Source: Hemiscyllium ocellatum (Eukaryota). Taken from it: a DNA stretch of 64,000 nt. The notes under the pieces were generated by a model. That model did no database searches and was not told the origin of the DNA. It was given only the letters and a program-made list of their open reading frames with translations. Below are positions 1 to 13,028 of the stretch, one piece after another (within the stretch, counting starts at the first letter, position 1; each line of letters begins with the position of its first letter). The stretch is from contig NC_083417.1 of assembly GCF_020745735.1 (NCBI RefSeq), forward strand, positions 60,946,001-61,010,000. The letters are read 5' to 3'. Made by a program: the position numbers and the translations under genes.

Positions 1-722
1 ACATTTTTTAAATGGAGAGAAACTCCAAAAGAGTGCAGCAGAGAGGGGTTTGGGTGTTCTTGTGCACGGAGCACAAAGTTAGTGTGAAAGTGCAGCAAAT
101 AGAATTTTGGCCTTTATTGCTATGGATTTGGACTTTAAAAATAGGGAACGCTTATTACAACTGTAAAGGATGTTGATGAGACTGCAACTGGAGTACTGTG
201 TATGGTTTGGTCCCTGAATCTTTTTTTTAAAGTAGTTTTAAGGCATTGAAGACTGTTTATTAAAGATTCAATAGGCTGATTCCTGGGGTAAAGAGGTTGC
301 CTTATCAAGAATTAATAAATAGGTTATGCCTTTATTCAATTCAGTTTATAAGAATAAAAAGTGATCTTATTGAAACCTACAAGACGCTGAGTGGACTTGA
401 TGGGGTAGATATTGAGCAGATGTTTCCCTATTGAGGGAATCTCAAACTAGGAGGTATAGTTACTGAACAAGGATACACACATGTAAAACTGAGATGCAAG
501 GAATTTCTGCTCTTGGGTGATGAATGTTTGGAATTTTATACCCCAGAGTTGTGGAAGCTAGATTACCAAAGTACTTAAAGAGGATGTAAATAGACTTTTG
601 AAATATAAGGGAGCTGACTGCTTTGCTGACAGCATGCAAAGGGGGTTGAGGCATGCCAGACACCCATGATCTTGTTGATTCAAAGGGCAGGCTTAAGGGA
701 CCCTCTTATTTCTTATGTTCTC
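1..722 (+). mobile_element. CR1-clade LINE, decayed 3' end (RT C-terminus + 3' UTR)
   Basis: Degenerate LEYCV.FWSP-type coding motif (ctggagtactgtgtatggtttggtccc), CR1 3' UTR and ttcttatgttc tail; many stops and frameshifts. Confidence 0.85.
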
Positions 723-724
723 AT

Positions 725-935
725 TATTCCCTTCCCTAAAGGACATTAGTGAACCAGAACCAGATCAGTTTGTATAATGGGCAATGGCTTCATGGTCACC
801 ACGAGACTAACTTTTAATTCCAAATGTAAATGACATTCTTTGATATGATGGAATTTAAATGTATGTCCCCAGAGTGTTAGTCTCAACTTGATTGCTGGTC
901 TTTCATGTCAGCATTACACCACAACCACCTCCCAA
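725..935 (-). mobile_element. tRNA-derived SINE, degraded (same family as 17255-17565)
   Basis: Shares ttccctaa...gaacc...gat, ttaattc.a.a and accac...cctccc blocks with the copy at 17.3-17.56 kb. Confidence 0.65.
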
Positions 936-1051
936 AGAAAAACAATTAGCATCTTTTGAATGCCAATGCAAGCCCTGTGTTTGTCACTCCAGCCACTCCA
1001 AGAACAATGTGTGTCCATCATGGGACACAAGAAGTCCTGAGAAGATGACGA

Positions 1052-1525
1052 CTTAGAGTCATACAGTTTGGAAACAGACACTTCGGTCCAAACAGTCTAT
1101 GCTGACCATAATCCCAAACTAAACTACTCCTAATCATCTGCGCTTGGTCCATAACTCACCAAATATGTCTTTTAAACTTTGTGACTGTACCCACATCGAC
1201 TATTTCCTCCAGAAGTTCATTTCACACTATCCATGTTAAAAAAAACTCCTTATGTCTTTTTTAAATCTTTCTGTACTCATCTTAAAATATGCCCCCTAGT
1301 CTTGAAATCCCTCACCCTAGGGAAACGACATTTACCATTCATATTATCTATACCCCCTATAAGGTCAACTCTCAACCTCTTACACTCCAGTGTAAAAGGT
1401 CCCAGCCTATCCAGCCTCTCCTGATAACTCAAACCCTCCATTCCTGGCAACGTCCTAGTAAATCCCCTCTGAACCCTCTCCAGCTTAATAATATCCGTCC
1501 TATAACAGAGCGACCAGAATAGGAC
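1052..1525 (-). mobile_element. HER1-like CR1 LINE 3' fragment
   Basis: ORF 1277-1633(-) contains IIKLERVQRGFTRTLPGMEGLSYQERLDRLG; CR1 3' tail at about 1055-1140. Confidence 0.9.
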
Positions 1526-2659
1526 AAAGTCCTTGGATGCCAGACTTAGGTGAATCAGGCTTTTTGCCTGGGAAGAGATTGAAACTGTAGCTAGACAGAA
1601 TAATGGGGTGGGGTATTTGTTTTTAGAAATCAAATAAGGGACGCAAAAATGTGTGGTTGCCCCAAAAGAGTTACTCCACCTCCCTCCCCCCTTTTGCCAA
1701 AAATGACAAACATAGAGGGCTTATTTCCATCATTTCTCCTTCCCCAGCCTTACATATTACTGGCCAGTTAAGGTGCTCAATGGGCCAAAGTTGAATGGGC
1801 TGCCAGGCACCTTGTCCCACCCACTGTAATATGGGGGATACTGGAGCTTGGAAAGGAAGGCAATGAGCTGGCCACCCATTCAAACAGACTTCACCACTTT
1901 GAAATACACTGGAAGTACTACAGGTGGACCTTCTGTGATGAGTACGAGGTTCTAAAAGTTAGAAGATTTTAAAAGTTTTAAACTGTTTCTTTCATTCAAG
2001 TTAAAATAGAGTAATGGAAGTCCCTTGCAACAGTTAATGAAAATTAATTTGAAGGCATTGGGAATTGGAAGATGAAGTGGGAAGCTAAAAGACAAAGAAT
2101 TTTAAAGAGTCCCTGCCCACTTTGGGCATTGTCCTAACCATTTTCCAATTGCACTTTGACTCTAGACAGTGGCAAACAGTGGCAGGTGACAGTTCATAGT
2201 GCTCAGCTCCAACTGTTCACCAGGTACCCCTCCCCACTCCTCCCAAAGCTACTGTGTTGACTTTTACCTTGCATTACTCAGACAGCCCTTTTCCACCCAT
2301 ACCCCCCTCATGTGGAGACCCCTGACTTTAAAGTTTGTCTCCAACTGTCCTTCCTGCCCCGAACCCTAACACTGCAGCACAATGGTGCCCATCTTACTCA
2401 CCTACACTCACTCTGAGGAGGTCATAATGGTGGTCCCTGGCAGTAGCAATCCCTCCCATGGCCTTCCATGGCCTCTGATGTTGTTCCACCTAACCTCCAT
2501 ACATCTGGAATTTTTTCCTGTCACTATCTTTGTGTTCACCTCTACAAGTGCCTCTGTTTGCACCCCCCCCGGCATATGCTCTCCCACCCACTTTTAGCAA
2601 TGATCCCCTTAATCTATGCAATCTCCGTAATGATCAATAAAGAGATCCCTAAGGCTGTA

Positions 2660-3384
2660 TTCATTCCTGGTTTCTGACTAACTTCAACATGCAGACCCTA
2701 GATATGACAGAGCAGACCCCTGACCACTGTCTTTGCAAACTCGACCTGCCTAGATGCTCTCAGCATTGTCATGCTTTGCCTTTTTGTGCTTTGCCCATAA
2801 GTCAGAGATACCAGACTCCTATTACTTCTGACCTGACATGCCATTTAGTGCAGATATAAATCCAGGAAGTTTGCCAGAGTTGTCAGCAGGCCTCAATCAA
2901 GTCAAGGGGGAAAGCCTTCACTCGGGGGATCCTAGCATAGTACATCAAGGGCAACCTCCAAACCCAGTCCAAGATCTGCTTGGGACAGTCAGAGACAGGA
3001 TTCTCCCATATGCAGTGAGGAACAGAATGACAGACAACATGCCACCTCTCTTTGCTGTCTTACTGTGGGCTGTTTTGCTTCTGAAATGAGAGAGTGAGAG
3101 GCAGGTATTATGGAAGATGAAAATGGGTGGCACAACTATATTGTTGGTGCAGGTGGGAAGGCGTGTCTGCAGGTGAATAGGCAGTGCAGAGGGCATGCAG
3201 AGCTAATAGTTTCATAGGTTGGAAAAGGTTTAGGTGAGTGGAGTGAACATCTCATGGGGAGAACGGTAATTAAAGGAGCATGTTTGGTAAGACACAGTGA
3301 AAATGCTCCCTCAGCTTCACTGCAAGAATCACTCCAACAAACATGACACAACTTGCACTTAGCCAAAAAATGAAGTTTCAGCCC
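2660..3384 (-). mobile_element. TIR element of the Myb/SANT-carrying (Harbinger-like) family, internally deleted
   Basis: Terminus revcomp gggctgaaacttcattttttggc matches 13029 onward; 2900-3110 homologous to 62340-62560; minus-strand acceptor followed by KTAHSKTAKRGG...LTAY. Confidence 0.55.
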
Positions 3385-5979
3385 TGTGTGTAGAAGGTTG
3401 TGAGATAGTGTACGCGTGGGAGGGAGTGACAGGAATTACATGTGTTTGTGAGGTAGAAAGGAATGTATATGTGAGTGACAAGGGAGTATTTGTGTGTGTG
3501 AGTGTGTATGTGACAGACAGATTGGAGTGTATAACTCTGATACTAAGTTAACCAGATACACAATCACAGATTCTGTCCTCTTCCTCTCCAAATCCATATC
3601 ACCAAAGCAGGCTTGAAGAGGAGGTAAACCCAAGATGAAAGGCAACCTGCTTTCAACTCCTGTTTTCATATGAATTCTGCCAAAGTCAGCTTGCAATGTG
3701 AGCCATCAGAGCTGGAAGCAAGTCCCAGTGTTGGTTCAAGCCAGATTAACTCATCTCTCCACATCATTTGCCTGGTGATGTGGATTTGAGTGCTAGATTG
3801 TTTATCATTAGCTCTGCTTTTTAACCAGAATGGCACAAGAAGTTTTGTAATTACTCATTTGTTTAAATGATTAATGTTTTACTTTGGAATTTTTTTCTTT
3901 AATTCATGCTTACCGTTGTGTCATACCTTATCTTTCTTAAATTTGCTCACCAGCCCTCCAAGTGAGAGAAGAATTGAAATGTGCATCCCCCCCACACAAA
4001 ATGATTGGACAATACTGCTGTAAATTAATTCCCAAAGACTGCTTATCCTTTTAACCTATTAATAGAGTCACACAATACTTGTACGTAATGCGCCCCAGTG
4101 CCTCAGTTAAATTCTGGAACACCATTCCCTTAATGTGTATCCTTGTCTTGCACAAATTTCATCAATCTTGGACACCCTGTTGGATTTTAGGCAGTTGGCC
4201 TCATCACCACTGGGCTAGGACAGGAAATTGAGTAATATTTCTACTGTGCAAAAATTGAAGAAGGAAACAATTGGTTTGACAGTAATACCCAGTATGAATG
4301 GAGTTGGGTGATCCTAAATAAACTGACATTAAAATCATTATGTGAAGTTATACCAAACCTGTCTTGTCCTCACCCATGAATGTAGCTTGCACATAAGGGA
4401 CTATAGCTTAGCAGGAATCAAGAGGGGTAAGTGGGTGAAAGAAAATGAACAAGAAAAATATTATAATAATCAATTGAACATACTTTGAATAATCTGGTAT
4501 TAATAACAGACTGTAACCATTGTTTTTCTACCATTCTAAGGAATAAGTTCCTCAATTATAAATTGAGGGAGAACATTGAGCTCCTGGACATGAGGAGCAT
4601 AAAGATGGGTGTAGTGGAGGTACAGTGCTCAGGTGGTGTGGATAAGTACATAGAAGGAATATACACAGGAGGCGCTTTAAGACATGAGTACAGAGGAGAA
4701 TGAAAATATGATCAAATGAGATTTATATATGTGACACAAGGTAAGAGCACATGCACGGGTGACAAAGTTTAGCAAAGGTATGTGTGAGGAAGATAATTAA
4801 AATTTGCACACATGAGAGACAAATGTAAAGAAAGCAGTAAATCCACAGATACATAAGGCAAAGTCAGGACACAGTCACAAAAGTTTCTTACTCCCTAACC
4901 TTTGCTTGTGCTTCTGTCTCCATTTAGTTTATATCTTACAGTGACAGTTATGGTCTGGATCAGACAGAAACTTAACAGTGGTAGAATAGCATGTGATTAT
5001 ATCTGGCAACTTTACATTTTCAAACTCTCTATTTCACAGGATATTTCACCATTTTACTTTGTCAGAATTGACATTAGAAAGAGGGCGAGAATGGGCATTT
5101 GTAATGCAAACTGTGTTTTTTAAAATCATAACATTCACTATGTACATGTTCAAGTACATTTACAACAAGATGTCCACCTCAAATGTGATTTTCACAACTT
5201 TGCTATTTTATAATAATTTTCATTCCATAAAATTTACTTTAGCTTCTGTACATATTGAATAAAAGATTGTCTGTAAGTTCATGTTATCTGAAGAACCTCC
5301 TATAGCTGAAGCATTCTTTGCATGGGACTTTAATGGCTTTGCAGCAGTACCTTATCAAGACAGTGATAGTGAAGTATGTGATTATAATATCTGGATAACC
5401 AGCTTCCTTGCTGAGAATTCATTTAAGCATAGTTTAGAAGTATACAGATCAGATCTTCGCTACCAAACCGGGAAATGTCTCATCTTAATAGGTTTCCCCT
5501 GGTTAAAGTGCCCGTTAGACCCAATTTCACCCTGGGGAAGTGAATGGGGAAGTACAGAGTCAGACCCTCCAGTACCAGAAACAGATCTTAGGCATTCACA
5601 GAAGTGACTAAGTACCAAGGTTGGCTGGTAAGAAGGCCTGTGTTGGTTCTCTGGGATATCATTTAGGTTGTTTTAGAAGCTACTAGGCTCTCTAGTCCTC
5701 ACACCACATACTATTTCACTCCAATGCCACTTCCATGTCAACTCATGCCTTTCACTCATCCTATCATAATGACTTGGTCCGTGCACACTGTCTCAAACCC
5801 ATTTACAGAGTTTCAGCATGAACAGACCCCCCTCCTCATGTACAGTTGAAAAAATATTCAAACAATACAAAACAACTCTCACTCATACATACTTAATGGT
5901 TTTAAAAAAACTTCACTCAAAGTTTTTAAAACTACTCGTTTTTAATTTCTTATTTTAAAAAAATCATCTTCATACCAAC

Positions 5980-6210
5980 AAAAACTGTTAATTTTTAAAT
6001 AGTCTCTTTAAACTATTAATCAAACTGATCTCAGTCCTTTGCTGAGAAAAAAATAACTTTTGAAACTCAGATAGGTATTTATAATTGCATAATAATAGTC
6101 CTTGAAAAATTTCAAAAATTTCTATTGACATTGCATCATACGATGCTAATATCATTCTACTCTATCTCAGATGGCCTATCAATGAAAGCAATAAAGTTGA
6201 AAGGGCCATC
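5980..6210. repeat. Old dispersed repeat, inverted homolog of about 11500-11700
   Basis: Shared blocks (ttaaact.t.aatca, cc.ttgctgaga, aaactcag, ataata.t.cttg) in opposite orientation; highly diverged. Confidence 0.5.
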
Positions 6211-6358
6211 TAAGAATCAATAGGGTCACCAGCACAGATGGAATCCCCACTGAAATACTAATATATGGCAGAGATATTAATACATAACCTCATCTGGTAG
6301 GAGGAGTGTACGCCAATGAGATGATGTAATTGTGATCACCTTCAAAAACTATGTACAT

Positions 6359-6678
6359 GGCAGCATAGTGGCAAATAATGCAGCCTCACAGTGCCAGGGA
6401 CTCAAATTCAATTCCAACCTTGAGTGATTATCTGGATGGAAGTTGCACATTCTCCCCATGTTTGTTTGAGTTTCTGCTGGTGCTCCAGTTTCCTCCCACA
6501 GTCCAAAGATGTGCATATGCATCCCATAGTGTCTAGGGATGTGCGAGCTAAGTGGATTAACCATAGTAAAATGTGGCTTTATGGGAAAATGGTGGGTCTG
6601 TGGATGATGCACTTTGGAGGGTCAGTGTAGGACTCAATAGGCCAAATGCCTCTTTCCGCACTCTAGAGATTCTATGAT
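6359..6678 (+). mobile_element. HE1-like V-SINE (diverged)
   Basis: tRNA-like head, V-domain ttgcacattctcccc...ttcctcccacagtccaaagatgtgc, LINE-derived tail. Confidence 0.85.
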
Positions 6679-6725
6679 TTTAAGAGGGATACTCCTGCTT
6701 CCTGTTACAGGGAAGGTTATTGCAA

Positions 6726-7045
6726 GAGTCATAGAATCATAGAGATGTACATCACAGAAACAGAACCTTCGGTCCAACTCATCCATGCCAACCAAATATC
6801 CCAACCCAATCTAGTCCCACCTGCCAGCACCCAGCTCATATCCCTCCAAACCCTCCTATTCATATACCCATCCAGATGACTTTTAAATGGTACAATTCTA
6901 CTAGCGTCCGCCACTTCCTCTGGCAGCCCATTCCACACACCTCACCACCCTCTGTGTGAAAAAGTTGCCTCTTAGGTGTCTTTTATATCTTTTCCCCTCT
7001 CACCCTAAACCTATGCTGTCTGCTTCTGGACTCCCTCACCCCAGG
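6726..7045 (-). mobile_element. HER1-like CR1 LINE 3' end
   Basis: ORF 6729-6938(-) WNGLPEEVADA...FKSHLDGYMNR; tail homologous to 39943-40080. Confidence 0.9.
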
Positions 7046-7061
7046 GAACTCCTCTGTTATA

Positions 7062-7205
7062 TTGTAGATTCCATCCATCAAGGGGCATGATGGACATGAG
7101 CTTCACAGCAAGACAAGACCAAGAAAAATGCAGAAAGCAGCAGCAACCTCTATGCCTGATCTTCTTTGACTTTAAAAAGGACTCTGAGTCTATCAACAGG
7201 GCATC
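7062..7205 (+). mobile_element. RTE-clade LINE RT fragment
   Basis: Translation DMSFTARQDQEKCRKQQQPLCLIFFDFKKDSESINR fits the RTE motif D.IF..RQ.QEKC.EQ..PL...F.D..KAFDS.NR. Confidence 0.8.
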
Positions 7206-7465
7206 TTCCCACAGCAAATCACTGAATGGCATCAATATCACCCACTTGGCAAAGGAATATGCTTCTGAGACTAGTCTCCCAGTGCTACCGTAGTTGAGCT
7301 TAATTAACTCAGGACTAACATGGATTGAAGGTGAGATATTTCAGTCTGGTATGGCTCTATATGATATATTTAGCCCCTAAACTTTCAGAGGAATCAACCT
7401 TAATTTTTGTGATCTTTGAGAACAATTAGTGTGGGCCCAAGTTTTTGCCTTGCTTGTCCTTGTAG

Positions 7466-7616
7466 GCAAACCTATCTCGGAATACTCAGGAGATGATTGA
7501 AGGTTGTATGAACATCCTGCAGGAGTCCATGTATAGAACCATCATGTATTACTGTGGAGGTCTGGACTGTGCAGACCAACTCCAGCACCTAACAAAGAAA
7601 GACTTCTCGAAGGAAG
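7466..7616 (+). CDS. Candidate internal coding exon of an unidentified host gene
   Basis: Acceptor gtttttgccttgcttgtccttgtag, donor GAAG|gttagt, 151 nt, only one frame open: ANLSRNTQEMIEGCMNILQESMYRTIMYYCGGLDCADQLQHLTKKDFSKE; not recognisable as a repeat; product not recognised. Confidence 0.4.
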
Positions 7617-8039
7617 GTTAGTATACAGCGGTTTGCAATTAAGTAATGAGAACAATATGTCACGGGAGAGAGGGACTTCCAATTCAATAAGCATCCTTTG
7701 AATGTCCATGTGTTATAGATTTTTAACTAAAGTTATCTGAGCATCCAGTATAAATAATCATTGATAGGTGGAACAGTTAAAGGGTCTAATGATACTCTGT
7801 TCCTATGTTTTCTCTACGCAGATAATATTTTCTGTTATATATTTCAGTAAAGAGATCGTTGGGCAGGTACTGTATTTTCCTCCCAATGCTTCCATTGTCT
7901 ATAAATTCTTAGTAGTAAGTAACAACTTCATTTAACTACTGAAACAGTCTCTACTTCCACGTATGTTATTCACCTTATGACTGAAATGGGATGTATGCAC
8001 TATTTTCTCTAGTCCCAAGTGGCACAGCGTAAATTGAAT

Positions 8040-9560
8040 TGTTATAATTGGTTCCAGTTGTGATCAGTTGTATGCTTTGCTTACTTTACATTTAATACAA
8101 AAGAACTATCAACCAAGTTTCTTTAACAAATACAAAATTAATGTGTAATTATAAGGCTACATTTATTTCAATGAAAACGTAAAGCTGGTTAACTTGGTCT
8201 GCAATATAAAAGTATGAACATCTACCCTTCTAAATAAATCACTGGAAAAAGAGGTGAAAACAGATTTCTCTCTGTAGAGATTCACTTTGAGAAACAAAAA
8301 AGACTTCTGGCCTATTAGTCCTAGCTCTTGAAAGCAAACAACAATAAGTTATAGAATATTCAGACTCTTCAGTATGACATCCTGGCACACAAATACAGAT
8401 GCAAACACAAAGAAATTTCTCTGGATACTTACCAACACAGCTTAATTATCAAATATTCTTCCAGATGCTCCATGGGAGAATAACCAGGATTCAGATTGGA
8501 CGAGACCTCCAGTTACCACAATGGATGCGTAACAGTAGGTTTTTCAAAAGCAGAAGAAGTAGAATGGGAAATGATTTTCTTTCCCAAGCAGGTCACCAAC
8601 TGAAAAATCCAAACAGTCTCCAGAACAGAAGCTGTAACTTGACAGTAGTGAACCCAAGAAGAAGTTATCACAAGACATGTGACTTTCAAGAAATACTTTT
8701 TAAACAAAATGTTCCACGATTCTTTCTTTGACCTATTTAAGAAAACAACCCAGGTACACACAATTTTTTAAACTCGGGTCCACAAAAAATATTAAACATG
8801 AAGCATTTTTATAATATCTCCATCCTTGAAAAAAATTAAATATGTTTTCAAATGCATTTCAATATCAAGCATAGTCAAGAATAAAAATATGTTTTTAAAT
8901 TAAGACCCATTTAAATATTCCCATTTGCTCTTTTTCCATTGTAACCTATTAAATTATCTATGACAACTTCTTGGTACTTAGATAATTCAAACAAATTACA
9001 TTTTTGACAAAGCATTGGTAGTTGTATTATTGTTGTCCTCAGCAAGGTAATAAGGCTGCAACAGCAAGCTCCACAGCCTGGTATTTTAGTTTTTGATTTA
9101 TTTTGAATTGGCTAAAGCATTGTGATCAGTATAATGCAGTGTTTTGCTGTAGTTGTGGCATACATAACTTTAAAATGTTTAACAGCCAGTAGTAATCCTC
9201 GAGCTTCTTTTCCCAAGTTATAGTATCATTTTGGTGTAGATTTTGCTTTTTAGAAAAATATCCCAATGACATCTCAATGTCCAACTCATCTTCTGGTAAC
9301 AGGAGCACATTTAGCGCATTGATTGTTGCTGGAATAGTTTTGCGAAATGTGTTGGACCAGATGGTATTCAGCTTCTCAAACATTGCTTGGCATTCCCTTG
9401 ACCACACTATCTTGCCTTTCCTTCAGAGTAAATCTATCCATGAAGTCACTACTCTGCTGAAAGGTGACACAAGTTTGCAATATAAACTATTCATCACCAA
9501 AATCTTCATAATTTCTCATTTAGTGTGGAGAGTGGAATTCCACTAATGCTTATATTTCTG
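8040..9560 (-). mobile_element. Gypsy LTR retrotransposon remnant: RT thumb/RNase H, PPT and probable 3' LTR
   Basis: Minus-strand WSRECQAMFEKL...GYFSKK.N.HQ and YTDHN...RLWSLLLQ...ALS (RNase H); purine-rich PPT-like tract near 8810-8830; LTR-like DNA about 8040-8810. Confidence 0.7.
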
Positions 9561-9745
9561 TCATAGAATCATAGAGGTTTACAGCACAAAAACAGGCCCT
9601 TTGGCCCAACTTGATCCCAGTTTCCTCAACTCAACCAATCCTAATCTGCCCGTCTAAACCTTTCCTATCCATGCACCTGTCCAAATGTCTTTTAAATGTT
9701 GTTATTGTACCTATCCCTACCTTCTCCTCAGGCAGCTCATTCTAT
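9560..9745 (-). mobile_element. HER1-like CR1 3' tail
   Basis: tcatagaatcatagag...acaggcccttt...ctaaacctttcctatccatgcacctgtccaaatgtcttttaaatg, homologous to other CR1 tails here. Confidence 0.8.
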
Positions 9746-9796
9746 AAATATATCAAAATGATGGCAGAACAAGAAGGTGGAGCTTGGATCATCCCA

Positions 9797-10117
9797 GACA
9801 AAAGTGAGGACTGCAGATGCTCGAAATCAGAGTCCAGATTAGAGTGGTGCTGGAAAAGCACAGCCGGTCAAGCAGCATCCAAGGAGTAGGAAAATCAACG
9901 TTTTGGGCAAAAGCCCTTCGTCAGGACTGAAGGCAGGGAGCCTCCAGGGTGGAGAGATAAATGGGAGGGGGATGGGGGTGGGAAGAAGGTAGCAAAGAGT
10001 ACAATAGGTGGATGGGGGTGGGGATGAAGGTGATAGGTCAGAGAGGAGGGTGGGGGTTTCCTACTCCTCGGATGCTGCCTGACTGGCTGCGCGTTTCCAG
10101 CACCACGCTAATCTAGA
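9797..10117 (-). mobile_element. Non-coding PLE pLTR insertion with inverted arm; mutated hammerhead at 9893-9928
   Basis: 14-bp TSD cttggatcatccca (9783-9796 / 10118-10131); homologous to the PLE end at 46520-46800; ribozyme GAAA changed to AAAA. Confidence 0.85.
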
Positions 10118-12074
10118 CTTGGATCATCCCACCCATACTCTGGTCAGCTGCCATCCTGTCTAATTCAGTTCCATTTTTGCCTTCAAGCCCACCTTCTCCA
10201 AACAAGGAAGACAACTGACAGCAGTCATTGACTTAAATCTTTTCAGAATTGTCCCCAACTAGAGACCTTCAGATCATATTATCATCTAACTAGTTTTCAT
10301 TCTCCAACCTGATGATTCATACAAGTGCAATGCAGCCAAACCAAATCATAAGACATGTACAAATTGTATTCTGCCATAATATATTTAGGATTTCACGCAC
10401 TAAGGAAATCCAGACTGAAGTTTAAAGCACATTTCATAGGACATGTAGAATGACTCCTATAATAGCTTGATTTAGCCCTGTTTGTTCATTTGATTTGGCC
10501 TGGTTGTTGTTGGTCTGATCCAGAGCATTTTGAATTTCCCTTCTGCCAAGCTTGATTGTTTTAGCGGTCACTCTGTTTTAGGCAATTCTATTTTCAGCTA
10601 CCAAAGCCATTCAGCATTTCTATTTTTAGGCACTAAAACTATTCACATTTTAAAGCCTCATACCATCTGTGTCAGTGTTTTCAAAGTAGGTTCCACAAAG
10701 ACTGCACTGCACGTACAAATCAATCTATTCTCTTCCTTGGGGGGACGGGGAGGTACATGTTGATGCAAAAACCATGTCTTTTTAACTGTTTGCAAGCAAG
10801 GATGTGATCTCTAATGAGAGTAAGGGGGCTCTAGAGAAAGGGTACATTTATTACTGCATGAGGACCAAAGCAATTTGGGAGGAATTTTCTGGCAATTTTT
10901 CAGTATTTTTCCAGTATTAAATTTTCCTGGCTAGCAGAGCTCTGTGCCACTACCCAAGAATCAGGTTAATCTACAGTATGTCAGGGCAGTGATAACCCTG
11001 TAGCTGATGAGCAGTGCAGCTGCTAAGAAGCAAAATGATAACTCAACCTGGCTTTGGAATATATGGCAGAAACTACAAGTACTTTCTAGAGTCTATCGTG
11101 ATTCAGGCTCCTCTGAATATTTTCCTTTGACCCCAACATAAAAGCCAATTCCTTAGAAAAGTCCACACCTTGAATACACACCTGAAGAAGACTCCACAGA
11201 CCTTTAAAACTGGTGTACAGGACCTAATTGTGGACGGGTCTATCTCCAAGATCCATTTTCTTCCATTAGCAGGACCCATGAACACGGCAGGGACATTTGT
11301 ACTTGGTGCTAACTTGAAAGAAGATCCAAAGTCCACGGTGTGGGAATCTCAAATTAATGAATTAAACATAAAAGTCCTCAAAGTATGGATAAGATCTGTG
11401 TCAGCATCATGATTAGAAGTGTTGTTTTTAAGTGACCCTTTCTTTAGACTTTTAAAAAAAGGCTGCAGCTGTCTGAGTTTTTTTTAAAAAGCATCCCCTG
11501 TCTTATTGATTGACATGTCATTTGATGCTGATTAGAGAAGGAGTTTAACATTTGTTCATGCAGTTTCAATGGAGTGCTTTTCTGACATTTCCCAAGAATT
11601 ATTATGAATACTTGACTGAGTTTGAAATTCTACAATTATCTCAGCAAGGGTTTCTGATTGACAGTTTAAGGAACCTATTAAAGGATTAACCATCTTTCAT
11701 ATGTAGAGACATACTTTTGTTTACTTTTCATGGGGATTTAAACTATATGGATGAATGGGAGTTACGTTTCTCCCTGTGATCAAAATTGCATGAGTGAGAG
11801 CTGTATTAGATTGTTAGATATTCCTGCTTTTTTCATCTCCTAGTGTCTGCCCACTATGGGTGCTGGGGAGTGATTATAGAGATGGTATGAAAGGCTATGA
11901 GGGTTGCATAAATTGGTATAGGGGATATGAGCTGCCATTATGGGTGGAAATAGGCGACAGGACCTACAGCATCTAAATCAATTGGACTAAGCTGTGGAGA
12001 ACTAAGACATGCCTTCTAATCAGTCTGTTTCAACATTCATTTTCCCCTTGCTTCTCTGTGATCTGCTTTGGGGT

Positions 12075-12350
12075 CAATGGATCTGACAGGAAATAGAGTG
12101 TAGGAATAAATAGGTCTTTCTCAAGATGGCAGGTTGTTACTCGTATGATGGTGCATGAATCGAGACTGGGACAAGCGACATAAGTGTTGTTCATAAGCTG
12201 TATAAATCATTTGAATATGTGGACCACATATTATATTTCCAGATTTGCTGAGAATACAAGTCAAAATGAGAAGAAAAGTTGGGAGAAAGATGCCAGGAGG
12301 CTTCAAGGAAAGTTGGTCAAGCTAAGCAAAAAATGGTGCAACTGAGATAT
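12075..12350 (+). mobile_element. CR1 LINE RT fragment, highly decayed
   Basis: gacaggaaatagagtgtaggaataaataggtctttctcaagatggcag and atttccagatttgct correspond to R.Q.VGING.FS.WQ and IS.FADD regions. Confidence 0.65.
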
Positions 12351-13028
12351 GAGGAATACATTATTCCATAGATCATTGCATACAATAAAAATACTTTATC
12401 CATGTTCAATATGACCAGTCATATGTTTTCTCTAGAACAAAAGGATTGAATAAACACAAAATGTTTGAATTGTACACACAATTTGTAAAATGAAAATATA
12501 AATGTTTGCTCCTCTAAATAATGCAAAAATACACATATAGTCAAACACACATGTACAAGTCACTTAAAGAGGAATAATCACAGCTCTGTCTTGTTTTAAA
12601 GAATAGTTCCAGTACGTATTTCTTTTGAGAAAAAGCAAATCAGATATCTCCACAATCCATCAAACTCAAATCTGCAGAAATTATTAAATACAAAGTGTCT
12701 TCATAACTATGGGCAAGAACATGGTAAATATAATGTGAATAAGTATGAGATTATTTACCTTGGTAGCTAATACAAAATGAGAGGATGTGGTTTTTCCGCT
12801 TCCCAAAGCGTGAGAATAATGATGAGTTAACCAACCAAAATCCAAAAATCAGATTCTCAGCACTGGGCTAAACCTTTGTAATTAATTTTTCCCACAAGGT
12901 AGTGTGATCACTTTCTCACCATCAGTAAGCAATAAGTTTAGATATATGTGTTTATATTTCATTAATTACCCAATTTGTCAGAATTAACTTCTACCCAATT
13001 GAAGTGCCCAATGACTCTGAATTTGGTT

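Noticed and set aside
5281-5607. 108-aa ORF as a stand-alone gene
   Set aside because: No recognisable domain and the 3' part appears to run into old repeat-like DNA; only a small part is kept as a weak exon candidate.
7510-7560. Resemblance of LQESMYRTIMYY to soluble guanylate cyclase alpha N-terminal sequence as recalled
   Set aside because: Short match, with flanking residues and exon size not fitting; no gene symbol assigned.
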